Shown here piece after piece: positions 12,019-21,731 of a stretch of DNA of 64,000 nt. The translations under genes were made by a program, and so were the position numbers. Position 1 is the first letter of the stretch, and each line of letters begins with the position of its first letter. The notes beneath the pieces were generated by a model. The model had not been told where the DNA came from. It worked only from the letters and a program-made list of their open reading frames with translations, and did not search any database. Where the stretch lies: contig JAUUNK010000003.1 of NCBI GenBank assembly GCA_030844565.1, positions 14,367-78,366 of the forward strand. Reading direction: 5' to 3'. The DNA comes from Bacteroides ovatus. GTDB lineage: Bacteria; Bacteroidota; Bacteroidia; Bacteroidales; Bacteroidaceae.

Positions 12019-12336
12019 AGAAATAAAATAGAAAAAGATGCATTTTAGTTGCTTATTTTAATATATCAGCCAACTACGCAGACCAAAGCCCCGTAAAGTC
12101 CCTGTTTAGGGCGCTTTGGCAAAAATACCGATGGACATGCACCGCCCAAAATAACACGCGTGAAGACACGCATGGCAGAAATAGATACATTTTCTTCCTA
12201 CCCATGAGGCATTTAAGTATCCCAACGGATAGAATAAAAGACATAATTGTCGCTAATGGTTACACTTCTTTCACAATTTATTGGCTTAATTTGCGCCATT
12301 CAATTTATATAATTATTAACCTTGATAATTTAAAGT

Positions 12337-15300
12337 ATGAAAAATGTATTTCAAAGTATTTTTGGAACATTCTTTCTTGCCTCTTTAGCGGTTCCGGTGT
12401 GGAGTACACCTGCCGGGGAAACGGTAGCTTCCTTGCGGGAGGTTCCTCTGGAAAGTGTTTCGGGAGTGCAGCAACAAAAAGGAATCCGTGTGACGGGTAT
12501 GGTTACCGACAAAGAAAAGAATCCGTTGCCGGGAGTAACAATTGTAGTGGCAGGTATGGAAAACACCGTAGGCGCAGTGAGCGACGCAGATGGTATGTTT
12601 CAGATCACCATCCCTAACAAGAACTCTACCTTGGAGTTCTCTTATATAGGGTTCGTCAAGAAGAAGATTCCGGTGAACGGGGCGAAACTGCTAAACGTAG
12701 TGATGGAAGAAGACGCCTCGGAACTGGAAGAAGTAGTAATCACCGGTTATGGCAGCCAGAAGAAAGCTTCTATCATCGGTTCTATCGAAACCATCCAGCC
12801 ACAGCAACTGGAATTCGGGAGCAGCCGCACGCTGAGCAACAGCCTTGCAGGTAAGCTGAGCGGTGTGATTGCCATCCAGCGTAGCGGCGAACCGGGATAC
12901 GACGACTCCAACTTCTGGATTCGCGGTATCAGCACTTTCTCGGGGTCCACTTCCCCACTCGTACTGGTAGACGGTATCGCGCGCGACCTGGACAATGTAG
13001 ATGTAGCCGAAATCGAAAGCTTCTCTATATTAAAGGATGCCTCCGCCAGTGCCATGTACGGTGTGCGCGGCGCCAACGGCGTTATCGTCATCACCACCAA
13101 GCACGGTCAGATAGGCGCACCGCAAGTAAGGGTACACCTGGAGCATTCTATCAACCAGCCCACCAAGTTTCCCGACTTCCTGAATGCGGCAGACTACATG
13201 ACGCTTCTCAACCAACTGGCTAAACAAGACGGACAGATGCTGCCCTTCGAGCAGACACAGATTGACCGCACCCGAAGCGGATACGACCCCGACCTCTATC
13301 CCAATGTGAACTGGATAGACGCCATCACCAAAGACTATGCTTATACCACCAAAGGCAACCTGGAAGTGAGCGGCGGGTCCGACTTCCTGCGCTACAGCAT
13401 AGTAGCTTCTTACTTTAACGAAACGGGCATCCTGCAACAAGACAAGAGCCTGCCCGTAGATAACTCTACAGACAACAACCAGTTCAACATGCGGTCCAAT
13501 ATCGACATGAACGTAACTAAAACGACGCTGCTACGCGTGAACATCGGTGGCTACCTCAACCGCTTCCGCAAGCAACGCTGCGACACGGACGGAGCCTTCA
13601 CAGAAGCTTTCGAGACGTTGCCTTTCGTGCACCCGGCACGCTATAGCGACGGCTCCATCCCCCGCGAAATGAACCGCGCCAATCCGTGGAGAACGGTGAC
13701 ACAGCAAGGCTACGACTTCATCACCTCATCCAAGATACAAACGCTGTTCTCGGTGGAGCAAGACCTGAGACAACTTACTCCGGGACTGAAAGCAAAGGGT
13801 ATCTTCAGCTTCGACCGCTGGAACCGCAGCAAGCGCGGACGTACCAGCAACAGCCCCACCGTATTGCCGGCTACCGGACGCGACGAGGAAGGAAACCTGA
13901 TGTATAAGCAATATGACGTAGGCGACGAATCCATGGGCAGCTACAAAGAAAGCGAATATGGCAACACCAACGTCTACTTTGAAGTGAACCTGACCTACAA
14001 CCGTAAGTTTGGAAAGAATGACATCGACGCCTTGTTCCTCTACAACCAGCAAGCCTATGACGACGGTTCCATCCAGGACTACCGCAAACAAGGATTCGCC
14101 GGACGCTTATCCTATACCTATGACAGCCGTTATGTGGCAGAGTTCAACTTCGGTTACAACGGCTCGGAGAATTTTGCCAAAGGCCACCGCTTCGGTTTCT
14201 TCCCCTCGGTAGCCGTGGGTTGGCTGATGAGTGAAGAACCGTGGATGGAACGCGCGCGCAAGACATTCGATAAAATCAAGTTCCGCGGCAGCATAGGCCA
14301 GGCGGGAAACGACAACATTGGCGGGCGCCGCTTTGCCTACCTCACCACGCTGAAAACAGACGCAAGCGGATATACCTGGGGAACCACGGGGCAAAAAAGC
14401 TACGGAGGCATCACCGAGGGCGATATAGGCGTGGCAAACCTGACATGGGAAACCGCCACGAAGATGAACCTCGGACTCGAAGTGGGCTTATGGAATGCAC
14501 TGGACGTAACAGTGGACGTCTTCCGCGAAAAGCGCAAGAACATCTTTATGCAACGCCGCATTGTACCCACCCAGACGGGTTTCATCACCAATCCCTGGGC
14601 AAACTACGGCAAAGTGACAAATGGCGGTATGGAAGTTTCCGTCAACCTGCACAAGCAAATCAACAAAGACTGGTTCACCTCTTTCTACGGCAACTTTACT
14701 TTTGCCAAAAACCGCGTGGACGAATACGACGAACCCGCTTCGAGGCTGGGAACCTATCGCGGACAGACGGGACGTTCGCTCAACGAACTCTGGGGACTTA
14801 CCGCAGAACGCCTGTTCACCGCCGACGACTTTAACGAAGACGGGTCCTTGAAGTTCGGCATCCCCACTCAGGAAGTGGGCGCCACGAAGCTCTACCCGGG
14901 TGACATCAAGTACATCGACATGAACGGCGACGGCAAAATCACTGAAGAAGACGAAGGCTACATCGGCGGAACGGAAGACCCGCGTATCGTTTACGGCTTC
15001 GGCGGCGTCATTGCTTACAAGAACATCGACTTCAACTTCTTCTTCCAGGGAACGGCGGATACCCATCGCGTGATTGGCAACAATACCATCTTCCTGCCGG
15101 GTAGCGGTACGACAGTACAGGGTAACGCCTACTCCGAGAACCTGAACGACCGGTGGACGGAAGACAACCCGGACACCTACGCTTTCTGGCCCCGCTTGAC
15201 CTACGGTCCTAACAAGAATAACTACCGTGCTTCTACGTGGTGGAAGAAAGATATGAGCTTCCTGCGCCTCAAGACGGTAGAGATAGGATATACCTTCCCC

Positions 15301-15471
15301 AAGAAGTGGATGAGCAAAATCTACTCCCGCGGTGCACGTATATTTGTCAGTGGCAACAACCTGTTGTGCTTCTCACCCTTCAAACTATGGGACCCCGAAC
15401 TGGGAACCAACACCGGTTTGAAGTATCCGATGAACCGTTCTATCCTGTTCGGTCTCGACATTAACTTCTAA
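12337..15471 (+). CDS. susC: SusC/RagA TonB-dependent transporter (pair 1)
   Basis: CarboxypepD-like N-terminus, EEVVITGYG, plug motif LKDASASAMYGVRGANGVIVITTK and a C-terminal Phe. Confidence 0.95.
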   Translation: MKNVFQSIFGTFFLASLAVPVWSTPAGETVASLREVPLESVSGVQQQKGIRVTGMVTDKEKNPLPGVTIVVAGMENTVGAVSDADGMFQITIPNKNSTLEFSYIGFVKKKIPVNGAKLLNVVMEEDASELEEVVITGYGSQKKASIIGSIETIQPQQLEFGSSRTLSNSLAGKLSGVIAIQRSGEPGYDDSNFWIRGISTFSGSTSPLVLVDGIARDLDNVDVAEIESFSILKDASASAMYGVRGANGVIVITTKHGQIGAPQVRVHLEHSINQPTKFPDFLNAADYMTLLNQLAKQDGQMLPFEQTQIDRTRSGYDPDLYPNVNWIDAITKDYAYTTKGNLEVSGGSDFLRYSIVASYFNETGILQQDKSLPVDNSTDNNQFNMRSNIDMNVTKTTLLRVNIGGYLNRFRKQRCDTDGAFTEAFETLPFVHPARYSDGSIPREMNRANPWRTVTQQGYDFITSSKIQTLFSVEQDLRQLTPGLKAKGIFSFDRWNRSKRGRTSNSPTVLPATGRDEEGNLMYKQYDVGDESMGSYKESEYGNTNVYFEVNLTYNRKFGKNDIDALFLYNQQAYDDGSIQDYRKQGFAGRLSYTYDSRYVAEFNFGYNGSENFAKGHRFGFFPSVAVGWLMSEEPWMERARKTFDKIKFRGSIGQAGNDNIGGRRFAYLTTLKTDASGYTWGTTGQKSYGGITEGDIGVANLTWETATKMNLGLEVGLWNALDVTVDVFREKRKNIFMQRRIVPTQTGFITNPWANYGKVTNGGMEVSVNLHKQINKDWFTSFYGNFTFAKNRVDEYDEPASRLGTYRGQTGRSLNELWGLTAERLFTADDFNEDGSLKFGIPTQEVGATKLYPGDIKYIDMNGDGKITEEDEGYIGGTEDPRIVYGFGGVIAYKNIDFNFFFQGTADTHRVIGNNTIFLPGSGTTVQGNAYSENLNDRWTEDNPDTYAFWPRLTYGPNKNNYRASTWWKKDMSFLRLKTVEIGYTFPKKWMSKIYSRGARIFVSGNNLLCFSPFKLWDPELGTNTGLKYPMNRSILFGLDINF

Positions 15472-15494
15472 GCTTAACTTTAAAAAAAGATTGT

Positions 15495-17417
15495 ATGAAA
15501 CATTTCAATTTCTCAAAATATATGGCGGCGGGACTGATGGCAGTCTCCTTGCTCACTGTCAACACTTCCTGCCTGGACTACCTGGACAAAGAGCCCGACA
15601 CGGAACTGGACATCGACATGGTGTTCTCTAACAGAGACAAAGTATACTCGTGGCTTGCCTTTGTGTACAACGCCATCCATGAACCCGACAAATGGAAAAT
15701 CTGGAACGACGGCTACGAAGTGTTTGCCGACGACCTGACCCCCTCGCGCCGGTGGGAACAGTGGGACGGCAAAACAACCATCCCCAAAATCTTCGGCCAG
15801 TGGACCATCAACTCCACCTGGGACGGCAGCCTTTGGAACATGATGCCGCAATACATCCGCCACGGATACATCTTCCAGCAACGTGCCTATGCCCTGCCCG
15901 ACAATGAACTGCCCCAGAGCGAAATTGACAATATGAAGACAGAGGTTAAGTTTCTCACCGCCTATGCCTGGTGGCAACTGGCGGAGAACTACGGCGGCAT
16001 CCCTTTCAAGCCGGACTACATTGCCCCGAGCGACTTCACCCTGTCGGAACTGATGGTGGGACAAAGCACGTTTGACGAAGTGGTAGACTACTGCGACAAG
16101 CAAATGCTCGAAGCCGCCAATGCATTGCCGGCTATCTACGACGACCCTGCCAAATATGGACGTGTCAACAAGATAATGGCTTTGACGGTGCGCTCGCGTA
16201 TGTTGTTGTTTGCAGCCAGCCCGCTCGTCAACGGTAACGAATGGTACAAAAACCACCGCAACAAAGAGGGGCAATTGATATTCAATCCTACCTACGACCC
16301 TAACAAGTGGGTGAAAGCTGCCGAGGCTTGCAAGCTGTGTATTGACGAAGCCGAGAGAGCCGGATACAAACTGTATATCGAAACAGGTCCTACAGGCGAA
16401 ATAGACCCCTTCATGTCCACTTACAATGTGCACATCAAGAAGTGGAGCGAAGGAAACCGCGAGCTGACTTTCCCCGTGACAAAGGGTAACGCATACTTCG
16501 ACATCTTCCTCTACGGAGCTTCCACCCGCGAGTTCAACGGCGGTAACGGACAGGGAGTTTATCAGGGATTGGTCGACGCATTCTTCATGAAAAACGGCCT
16601 GCCCATCGACGATCCCAACTCCAACTACAAAGAAGAAGGCTTCTCCGCCAACGTGGAGACACGCAACACCAGTTGGTCTTACGGAACAGGCAAAGAAGGA
16701 GAAGTGACCGACGCAGACACTTATAACATGTACTGCAACCGCGAACCGCGTTTCTACAATGCCGTTTCTTACAACGGCGCATGGCAGGAAGTGGCTAAAC
16801 GCAAATACGACTTCTACTATAACGGAAGAGACAACATCCGCAGCAGCTCTCCGCACGACGCTCCACAGAACGGCTACCTGGTTCGTAAGAGCCTTTGCAT
16901 GACCGATAACAAGAAGACCGGCGCGCACACCAGCCGTCAAGGTTTCACGTATCGTCTGGCTTTCACTTACCTCGACTTTGCCGAAGCCAACAACGAAGCC
17001 TACGACACCCCCTCTGCACGCGAAGAATGCCTTGTCTACCTGAACAAAGTGAGAGAACGTGCCGGAGTACGCCAATATACATTTGATGCAGTGAGCCAGT
17101 TCGACGACAAATACATCCAGATAGCCAACACCCAGGAAGCGGTACGCAAGGTCGTAAAAGCGGAACGCCGCGTGGAACTCTGCCTGGAAAACAACCGGTG
17201 GTATGACATCCGCCGCTGGAAAGAAGCTGAGAACCTGCCGGAAATGACCGGAGACGACTATGGTATGAACTCGGAAGGCAAAACGAAGGAAGAGTTCTTC
17301 AAACGCACTGTTTATCAGACCCGCGTATGGAAGAGATGTTACTACTGGATGCCTATCTACATCGACGAATATGAGAAGAACCCGAACCTGGTGCAATCTC
17401 CCTTCTGGCTCGACTAA
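15495..17417 (+). CDS. susD: SusD/RagB glycan-binding lipoprotein (pair 1)
   Basis: Lipobox TSC followed by LDYLDKEPD, plus NREPRFY and ERRVELCLENNRWYDIRRWK. Confidence 0.95.
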   Translation: MKHFNFSKYMAAGLMAVSLLTVNTSCLDYLDKEPDTELDIDMVFSNRDKVYSWLAFVYNAIHEPDKWKIWNDGYEVFADDLTPSRRWEQWDGKTTIPKIFGQWTINSTWDGSLWNMMPQYIRHGYIFQQRAYALPDNELPQSEIDNMKTEVKFLTAYAWWQLAENYGGIPFKPDYIAPSDFTLSELMVGQSTFDEVVDYCDKQMLEAANALPAIYDDPAKYGRVNKIMALTVRSRMLLFAASPLVNGNEWYKNHRNKEGQLIFNPTYDPNKWVKAAEACKLCIDEAERAGYKLYIETGPTGEIDPFMSTYNVHIKKWSEGNRELTFPVTKGNAYFDIFLYGASTREFNGGNGQGVYQGLVDAFFMKNGLPIDDPNSNYKEEGFSANVETRNTSWSYGTGKEGEVTDADTYNMYCNREPRFYNAVSYNGAWQEVAKRKYDFYYNGRDNIRSSSPHDAPQNGYLVRKSLCMTDNKKTGAHTSRQGFTYRLAFTYLDFAEANNEAYDTPSAREECLVYLNKVRERAGVRQYTFDAVSQFDDKYIQIANTQEAVRKVVKAERRVELCLENNRWYDIRRWKEAENLPEMTGDDYGMNSEGKTKEEFFKRTVYQTRVWKRCYYWMPIYIDEYEKNPNLVQSPFWLD

Positions 17418-17453
17418 CGATTACAACCTACCGTTTAACGAAGTAAAACAATT

Positions 17454-18593
17454 ATGAAGAAAATATTCTATCAGATAATGGGGCTGTGCAGCATATTGGG
17501 TGTGATGGCGGCCTGCAACGAAGACCCTGAGTATTTCACCCTGGAAGAACAAGCCGACGAGATGCACATCGTCTCTTCTGCGGACAGCATAGTGCTGAAC
17601 AAGGGAACAGAATACGAGAAGGCAATCACTTTCAGTTGGGATGCAGCCCACAGCCCGCTGAATGCCACCGACTCGGTGAGCTATTCACTGCGCCTGTATG
17701 CTACGGCAAACAAGAGCGACAACTACACCGATTACTACAAACTGGGCACGGAGCAGGAAATGAGCTTCACACACGACGAACTCAACACTATCATCGGTCG
17801 CTGGGTATTGCCGGGACAAGAGGTGAAAGTCACCGCGCAAGTAGTGGCAACTATTCACAATCAGGAAAAATATGTGAAACCGCAATCGTCTACGGTAGAG
17901 TTTGTCGTATCCGGCTACGAAAAGTATCCTACCTACATCTACATCCACATGACGGACAGCGAAACAGGGAAAGCCACTACCCAGCGATTGAGCCAACGCC
18001 AATTGGGAACGGGGCTTTATGAAGGCACGTTCGACGTGAGACCTTGTACCTATCACTTCGTCACCGCCACCGAGGGAGATTATCCTGCCTACGGAAGCGC
18101 AGACGGCAAAGAGATGATTTACGTGACGAGTGGCGATATTCCCGAATTTACCAATACCGAGACGGGGCGCCGCACCTTCATCGTCGATACGAACAATGAG
18201 TATAACGACTGCCGTATGATCGAAATCCTGCAACTGCCTATTGCGGAGACCATGCGCATTTGCGGTAACGGTTGCTCTATCGGTTGGGACCCGGGTTCTT
18301 CCGACGGGCTCTTCAAAATAGAAGATACCCGCAACCCGCACCTGCTGTCCTGGACAGGAGAGTTCATTGCCGGTGGTGAAGTAAAAATCTGCCTGGGTTC
18401 AAGTTGGAGCGACCAGTTCTTCTTTGCTCCCGAACCAAATGCCGACCCGTTGACAAACCATGAACTGGAAATGTATCGCTACCAGGATGATGGCGGTGAC
18501 GTGAAGTGGGTTCCTACCGTAAGCGGGCGCTACAAGTTTACATTGTGTCTGGATGTGAAGGACATGCACACAGAGTTTGTACCTGTAAAATGA
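17454..18593 (+). CDS. SusE/SusF-like surface glycan-binding lipoprotein
   Basis: Lipobox AAC followed by NEDPE, a SusE-like N-terminal domain (ITFSW...SFTHDELN) and CBM-like C-terminal domains (SIGWDP, GRYKFTL). Lies directly after susD. Confidence 0.75.
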   Translation: MKKIFYQIMGLCSILGVMAACNEDPEYFTLEEQADEMHIVSSADSIVLNKGTEYEKAITFSWDAAHSPLNATDSVSYSLRLYATANKSDNYTDYYKLGTEQEMSFTHDELNTIIGRWVLPGQEVKVTAQVVATIHNQEKYVKPQSSTVEFVVSGYEKYPTYIYIHMTDSETGKATTQRLSQRQLGTGLYEGTFDVRPCTYHFVTATEGDYPAYGSADGKEMIYVTSGDIPEFTNTETGRRTFIVDTNNEYNDCRMIEILQLPIAETMRICGNGCSIGWDPGSSDGLFKIEDTRNPHLLSWTGEFIAGGEVKICLGSSWSDQFFFAPEPNADPLTNHELEMYRYQDDGGDVKWVPTVSGRYKFTLCLDVKDMHTEFVPVK

Positions 18594-19063
18594 TAAAGAG
18601 AATGAAAATGAAACATTTATATAGCTTAGCAGTCCTTTTGCTGCTCTTGGTAGGATTTCAATCCTGCGTGGAAGAAGACGGGCCGGGTGTCCCCGAACCG
18701 AAAAGTGTAGCCATAGAAGCAGATGAATATACGGTAGATACAACCGACCCTGAGACTCCTTTATTCTTTGCTTTCCGTTGGGTGGATGTGGGCAATGCCA
18801 CCTATAAGGTAGCACTCTCCACTGCCGGCAGCTCCGTTGCACAGGAACTGGACAATGAAGTTACCGCCGAAGAACTCAACGTGTTGAGCATGGTGGTTAC
18901 CAACACCCAGTTGCTCTCTTTCTTGACAGAAGCAGGCCATACGGCGGCAGGAACTTATGATATTACTATCAGCATTACCGCCACTCCCATCGACCCCACC
19001 CTTCCTACCGCCCTGGCGGAAGAAGGGAGTGTGAAGTCGTCTGTCATTCATGTCACTCGATGA
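18590..19063 (+). CDS. Small PUL lipoprotein, SusE N-terminal-like domain only
   Basis: Lipobox QSC followed by VEED, and FAFRW...VVTNTQL. ATGA overlap with the upstream stop; alternative starts at 18602 and 18608. Confidence 0.65.
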   Translation: MIKRMKMKHLYSLAVLLLLLVGFQSCVEEDGPGVPEPKSVAIEADEYTVDTTDPETPLFFAFRWVDVGNATYKVALSTAGSSVAQELDNEVTAEELNVLSMVVTNTQLLSFLTEAGHTAAGTYDITISITATPIDPTLPTALAEEGSVKSSVIHVTR

Positions 19064-19088
19064 ACTTATCCTATAAAGACTCAAGTAA

Positions 19089-21608
19089 ATGAAAAACTTT
19101 AATACATTTCTTTTGATGATTTTCTTTTGCGCTTCTCTGGGAGCGCAAGAGAAATCAACGAACATTGCCTACGAAGATGGCCAGGTACGTTTCACGGTCG
19201 TGTCCGACGGAGTAATCCGCATGGAGTATGCTCCCGACGGCAAATTCACCGACCAACACTCCTTTCTGGCAGTGGAGCGCAACTATCCTGCCGTTCGCTT
19301 TAAGCTGAAAAAAGGTTCATGGATAGAGGTATCCACCTCCCGGATGAAGCTCCGCTACCAAAAGGGAAGCGGGGCTTTCACCGCCGCGAACCTTCAGATC
19401 TCTTCCGCCAAAGGTCTGACTCCGGTTTTCACGTGGAAGCCCGGTATGAAGCAACAGCATAATCTGAAAGGTACGACCCGCACCCTCGACGGATGGGACG
19501 GCGACAAGTGCTGGGGAAACAAAGCCGAGCTGGAAGACGGGCTGCTTGCACGAGACGGATGGACTTGGCTCGACGACTCCAATAACTTCCTCTTCGACGG
19601 CAACACCGCCGACTGGGAATGGGTGGAGCCCCGCCGGCATGCCGAAGGCGCCCAAGACTGGTATTTCATGGCCTACGGCAACGACTACAAAGCCGCCTTG
19701 AAAGACTATACGCTCTTTGCCGGACGCGTACCGCTCCCTCCCCGCTATGCTTTCGGTTACTGGTGGAGCCGCTATTGGATGTACAGCGACCACGAGCTAC
19801 GCGACCTGCGCCAGAACTTCAGGAACTACAACATCCCGCTGGATGTCCTGGTAGTAGACATGGACTGGCACTACACCGACCAGGGGCGCGGTAGCTGGAC
19901 CGGATGGACATGGAACAAGGAATTGTTTCCCGATTACCGCAAGTTCCTCAAAGACCTGAAAGCCAAGGACGGCCCGCGCATCACCCTGAACCTGCACCCT
20001 GCCGAAGGTGTACGCAGCTACGAAGAGCAATATGAAGCAGTAGCCCGCGACAATGGAGTAGACCCCGCCACGAAACAGGAAATCCCCTGGGTGTCTTCCG
20101 GCAAGCCTTTCATAAAGAGCATGTTTAAAAACGTCCTCATGCCGATGAACCAAGCGGGAATCGACTTCTGGTGGCTCGACTGGCAGCAAGACCCCTTCGA
20201 TAAGGAAGTGAAAGGACTGAGTAACACCTGGTGGCTGAATTATATATTCTTCTCCCAAATGGAACGCGAACGCCAGACACGCCCGTTGATTTATCACCGG
20301 TGGGGCGGACTCGGAAACCACCGCTATCAAGTAGGATTCTCGGGCGATACATTTATCTCGTGGGCTAGCCTGGACTATCAAACTTACTTCAACTCTACAG
20401 CCAGCAACGTGCTCTATGGATATTGGAGCCACGACATAGGCGGGCATCAGGGCGCCGACCACATAGACCCCGAACTGTATGTGCGCTGGATGCAATTCGG
20501 TGCGCTAAGCCCTATCCTCCGCACACACAGTACGAAGATTGCCGGACTGACCAAAGAACCCTGGGTATTCAGCAACGAAGTATCCGACATCCTGCGCGGC
20601 ATCATCCGCCAACGCTACAACATGGTCCCGTACATCTACACCATGGCACGGCAGGCTTACGAAACAGGCGTATCGCTCTGCCGCCCGATGTACTACGACT
20701 ATCCGGATGCACAAGAAGCCTACGACTACCGCAACCAATATATGTTTGGCGACGACATAATGGTAGCGCCTGCCACCTCGCCCATGAAGGACGGGTATAC
20801 GGAAGTGAAAGTCTGGCTTCCCCAAGGCGAATGGTATGAGTTTGCTTCGGGCAAGACATTGCAAGGCGGACAAGTGCTGACCCGCTATTTCGCCCTCGAC
20901 GAATATCCCATTTACATGAAAGCGGGCGCCGTACTGCCGATGTACACCGACCAAGTGATGAATCTCAACGGTAAGGACGAAACCATCGTGCTGAACGTTG
21001 TGCCGGGCGAAGCCTCTTCAAGCTTCGACCTCTACGAAGACAATGGCGACGACAAGGACTACCGGAAAGAGTTTGCCACCACCCGCATCCGTTCAGAGAA
21101 GGCAGGTTCTAAACTGACGGTCACCATCGGCCCCCGCAAAGGCTCCTACAAGGAGATGCCCGCCCAACGTTCTTATCAGGTGAAAGTTCTTGCTTCGGGC
21201 ATGCCTCAACGGGTGACGGTAGACGGGGAGAAAGCCGGATTCACTTACCTGAACCGGGAATTTGCGTTGCTCGTGGACATTCCCCGGAAGGATTGCAACA
21301 GGGAGAAAGTGGTTTGCATTGAATACCCCGCTTCGCAGGTCAATATAAACGGTCTTTCGGGCACTTCCAAGCGTCTTGCCAAAGCAATGGAAAAGCTGAA
21401 ATACCGCAATTCTTACATTGTCTTCCAACCTGACTTCTGCAAGTTGGGCAGCATTCAGGAAGCGGTTGGCTACACACCGGAAAGGTTGGATGAACTGGTT
21501 GGCGAATTCTGGAAGAACTACAACAACTTGCCTGCTTTGCTGAAAGATTCCCAGAAACTTAAAGAAGATGAGACAAAATGGTTCCTGCAACTGATTAAAT
21601 ATGAGTAG
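19089..21608 (+). CDS. GH31 glycoside hydrolase of the GH31_u1 type (possible alpha-1,3-glucosidase)
   Basis: Signal peptide, GYWWSRYW, LVVDMDWH, nucleophile motif FWWLDWQQ, HRYQVGFSGD, WSHDIGGH and LRTHST. Confidence 0.85.
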   Translation: MKNFNTFLLMIFFCASLGAQEKSTNIAYEDGQVRFTVVSDGVIRMEYAPDGKFTDQHSFLAVERNYPAVRFKLKKGSWIEVSTSRMKLRYQKGSGAFTAANLQISSAKGLTPVFTWKPGMKQQHNLKGTTRTLDGWDGDKCWGNKAELEDGLLARDGWTWLDDSNNFLFDGNTADWEWVEPRRHAEGAQDWYFMAYGNDYKAALKDYTLFAGRVPLPPRYAFGYWWSRYWMYSDHELRDLRQNFRNYNIPLDVLVVDMDWHYTDQGRGSWTGWTWNKELFPDYRKFLKDLKAKDGPRITLNLHPAEGVRSYEEQYEAVARDNGVDPATKQEIPWVSSGKPFIKSMFKNVLMPMNQAGIDFWWLDWQQDPFDKEVKGLSNTWWLNYIFFSQMERERQTRPLIYHRWGGLGNHRYQVGFSGDTFISWASLDYQTYFNSTASNVLYGYWSHDIGGHQGADHIDPELYVRWMQFGALSPILRTHSTKIAGLTKEPWVFSNEVSDILRGIIRQRYNMVPYIYTMARQAYETGVSLCRPMYYDYPDAQEAYDYRNQYMFGDDIMVAPATSPMKDGYTEVKVWLPQGEWYEFASGKTLQGGQVLTRYFALDEYPIYMKAGAVLPMYTDQVMNLNGKDETIVLNVVPGEASSSFDLYEDNGDDKDYRKEFATTRIRSEKAGSKLTVTIGPRKGSYKEMPAQRSYQVKVLASGMPQRVTVDGEKAGFTYLNREFALLVDIPRKDCNREKVVCIEYPASQVNINGLSGTSKRLAKAMEKLKYRNSYIVFQPDFCKLGSIQEAVGYTPERLDELVGEFWKNYNNLPALLKDSQKLKEDETKWFLQLIKYE

Positions 21609-21626
21609 GTAACTGACCCCTTTTAT

Positions 21627-21703
21627 ACACAAATCCGCAAATCGTCCGTCAAGCGGAGAACTAAGCAACATTGGACGGATGATTTGCAGAGATTTGTGTT
21701 TTT
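21627..21703 (+). terminator. Long imperfect hairpin between the convergent GH31 and HTCS genes
   Basis: acacaaatc/gatttgtgt and gcaaatcgtccgtc/gacggatgatttgc arms, followed by TTTTT. Confidence 0.7.
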
Positions 21704-21731
21704 GTACTTAAATGACCCGGGTAAATGAGTT

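Noticed and set aside
12161..12190. Third copy of the HTCS operator upstream of susC1
   Set aside because: Only a degenerate match (tgaaGACA/tagaTACA at 21 bp), too weak to call.
11454..12336. Invertible promoter upstream of susC1
   Set aside because: The inverted repeats here enclose only short loops rather than a promoter-bearing segment, and no recombinase gene is in the window.
15513..17396. 627-aa ORF antisense to susD1
   Set aside because: It mirrors susD in register, is V/F/G-rich with no motifs, and is explained by the codon bias of the sense gene.
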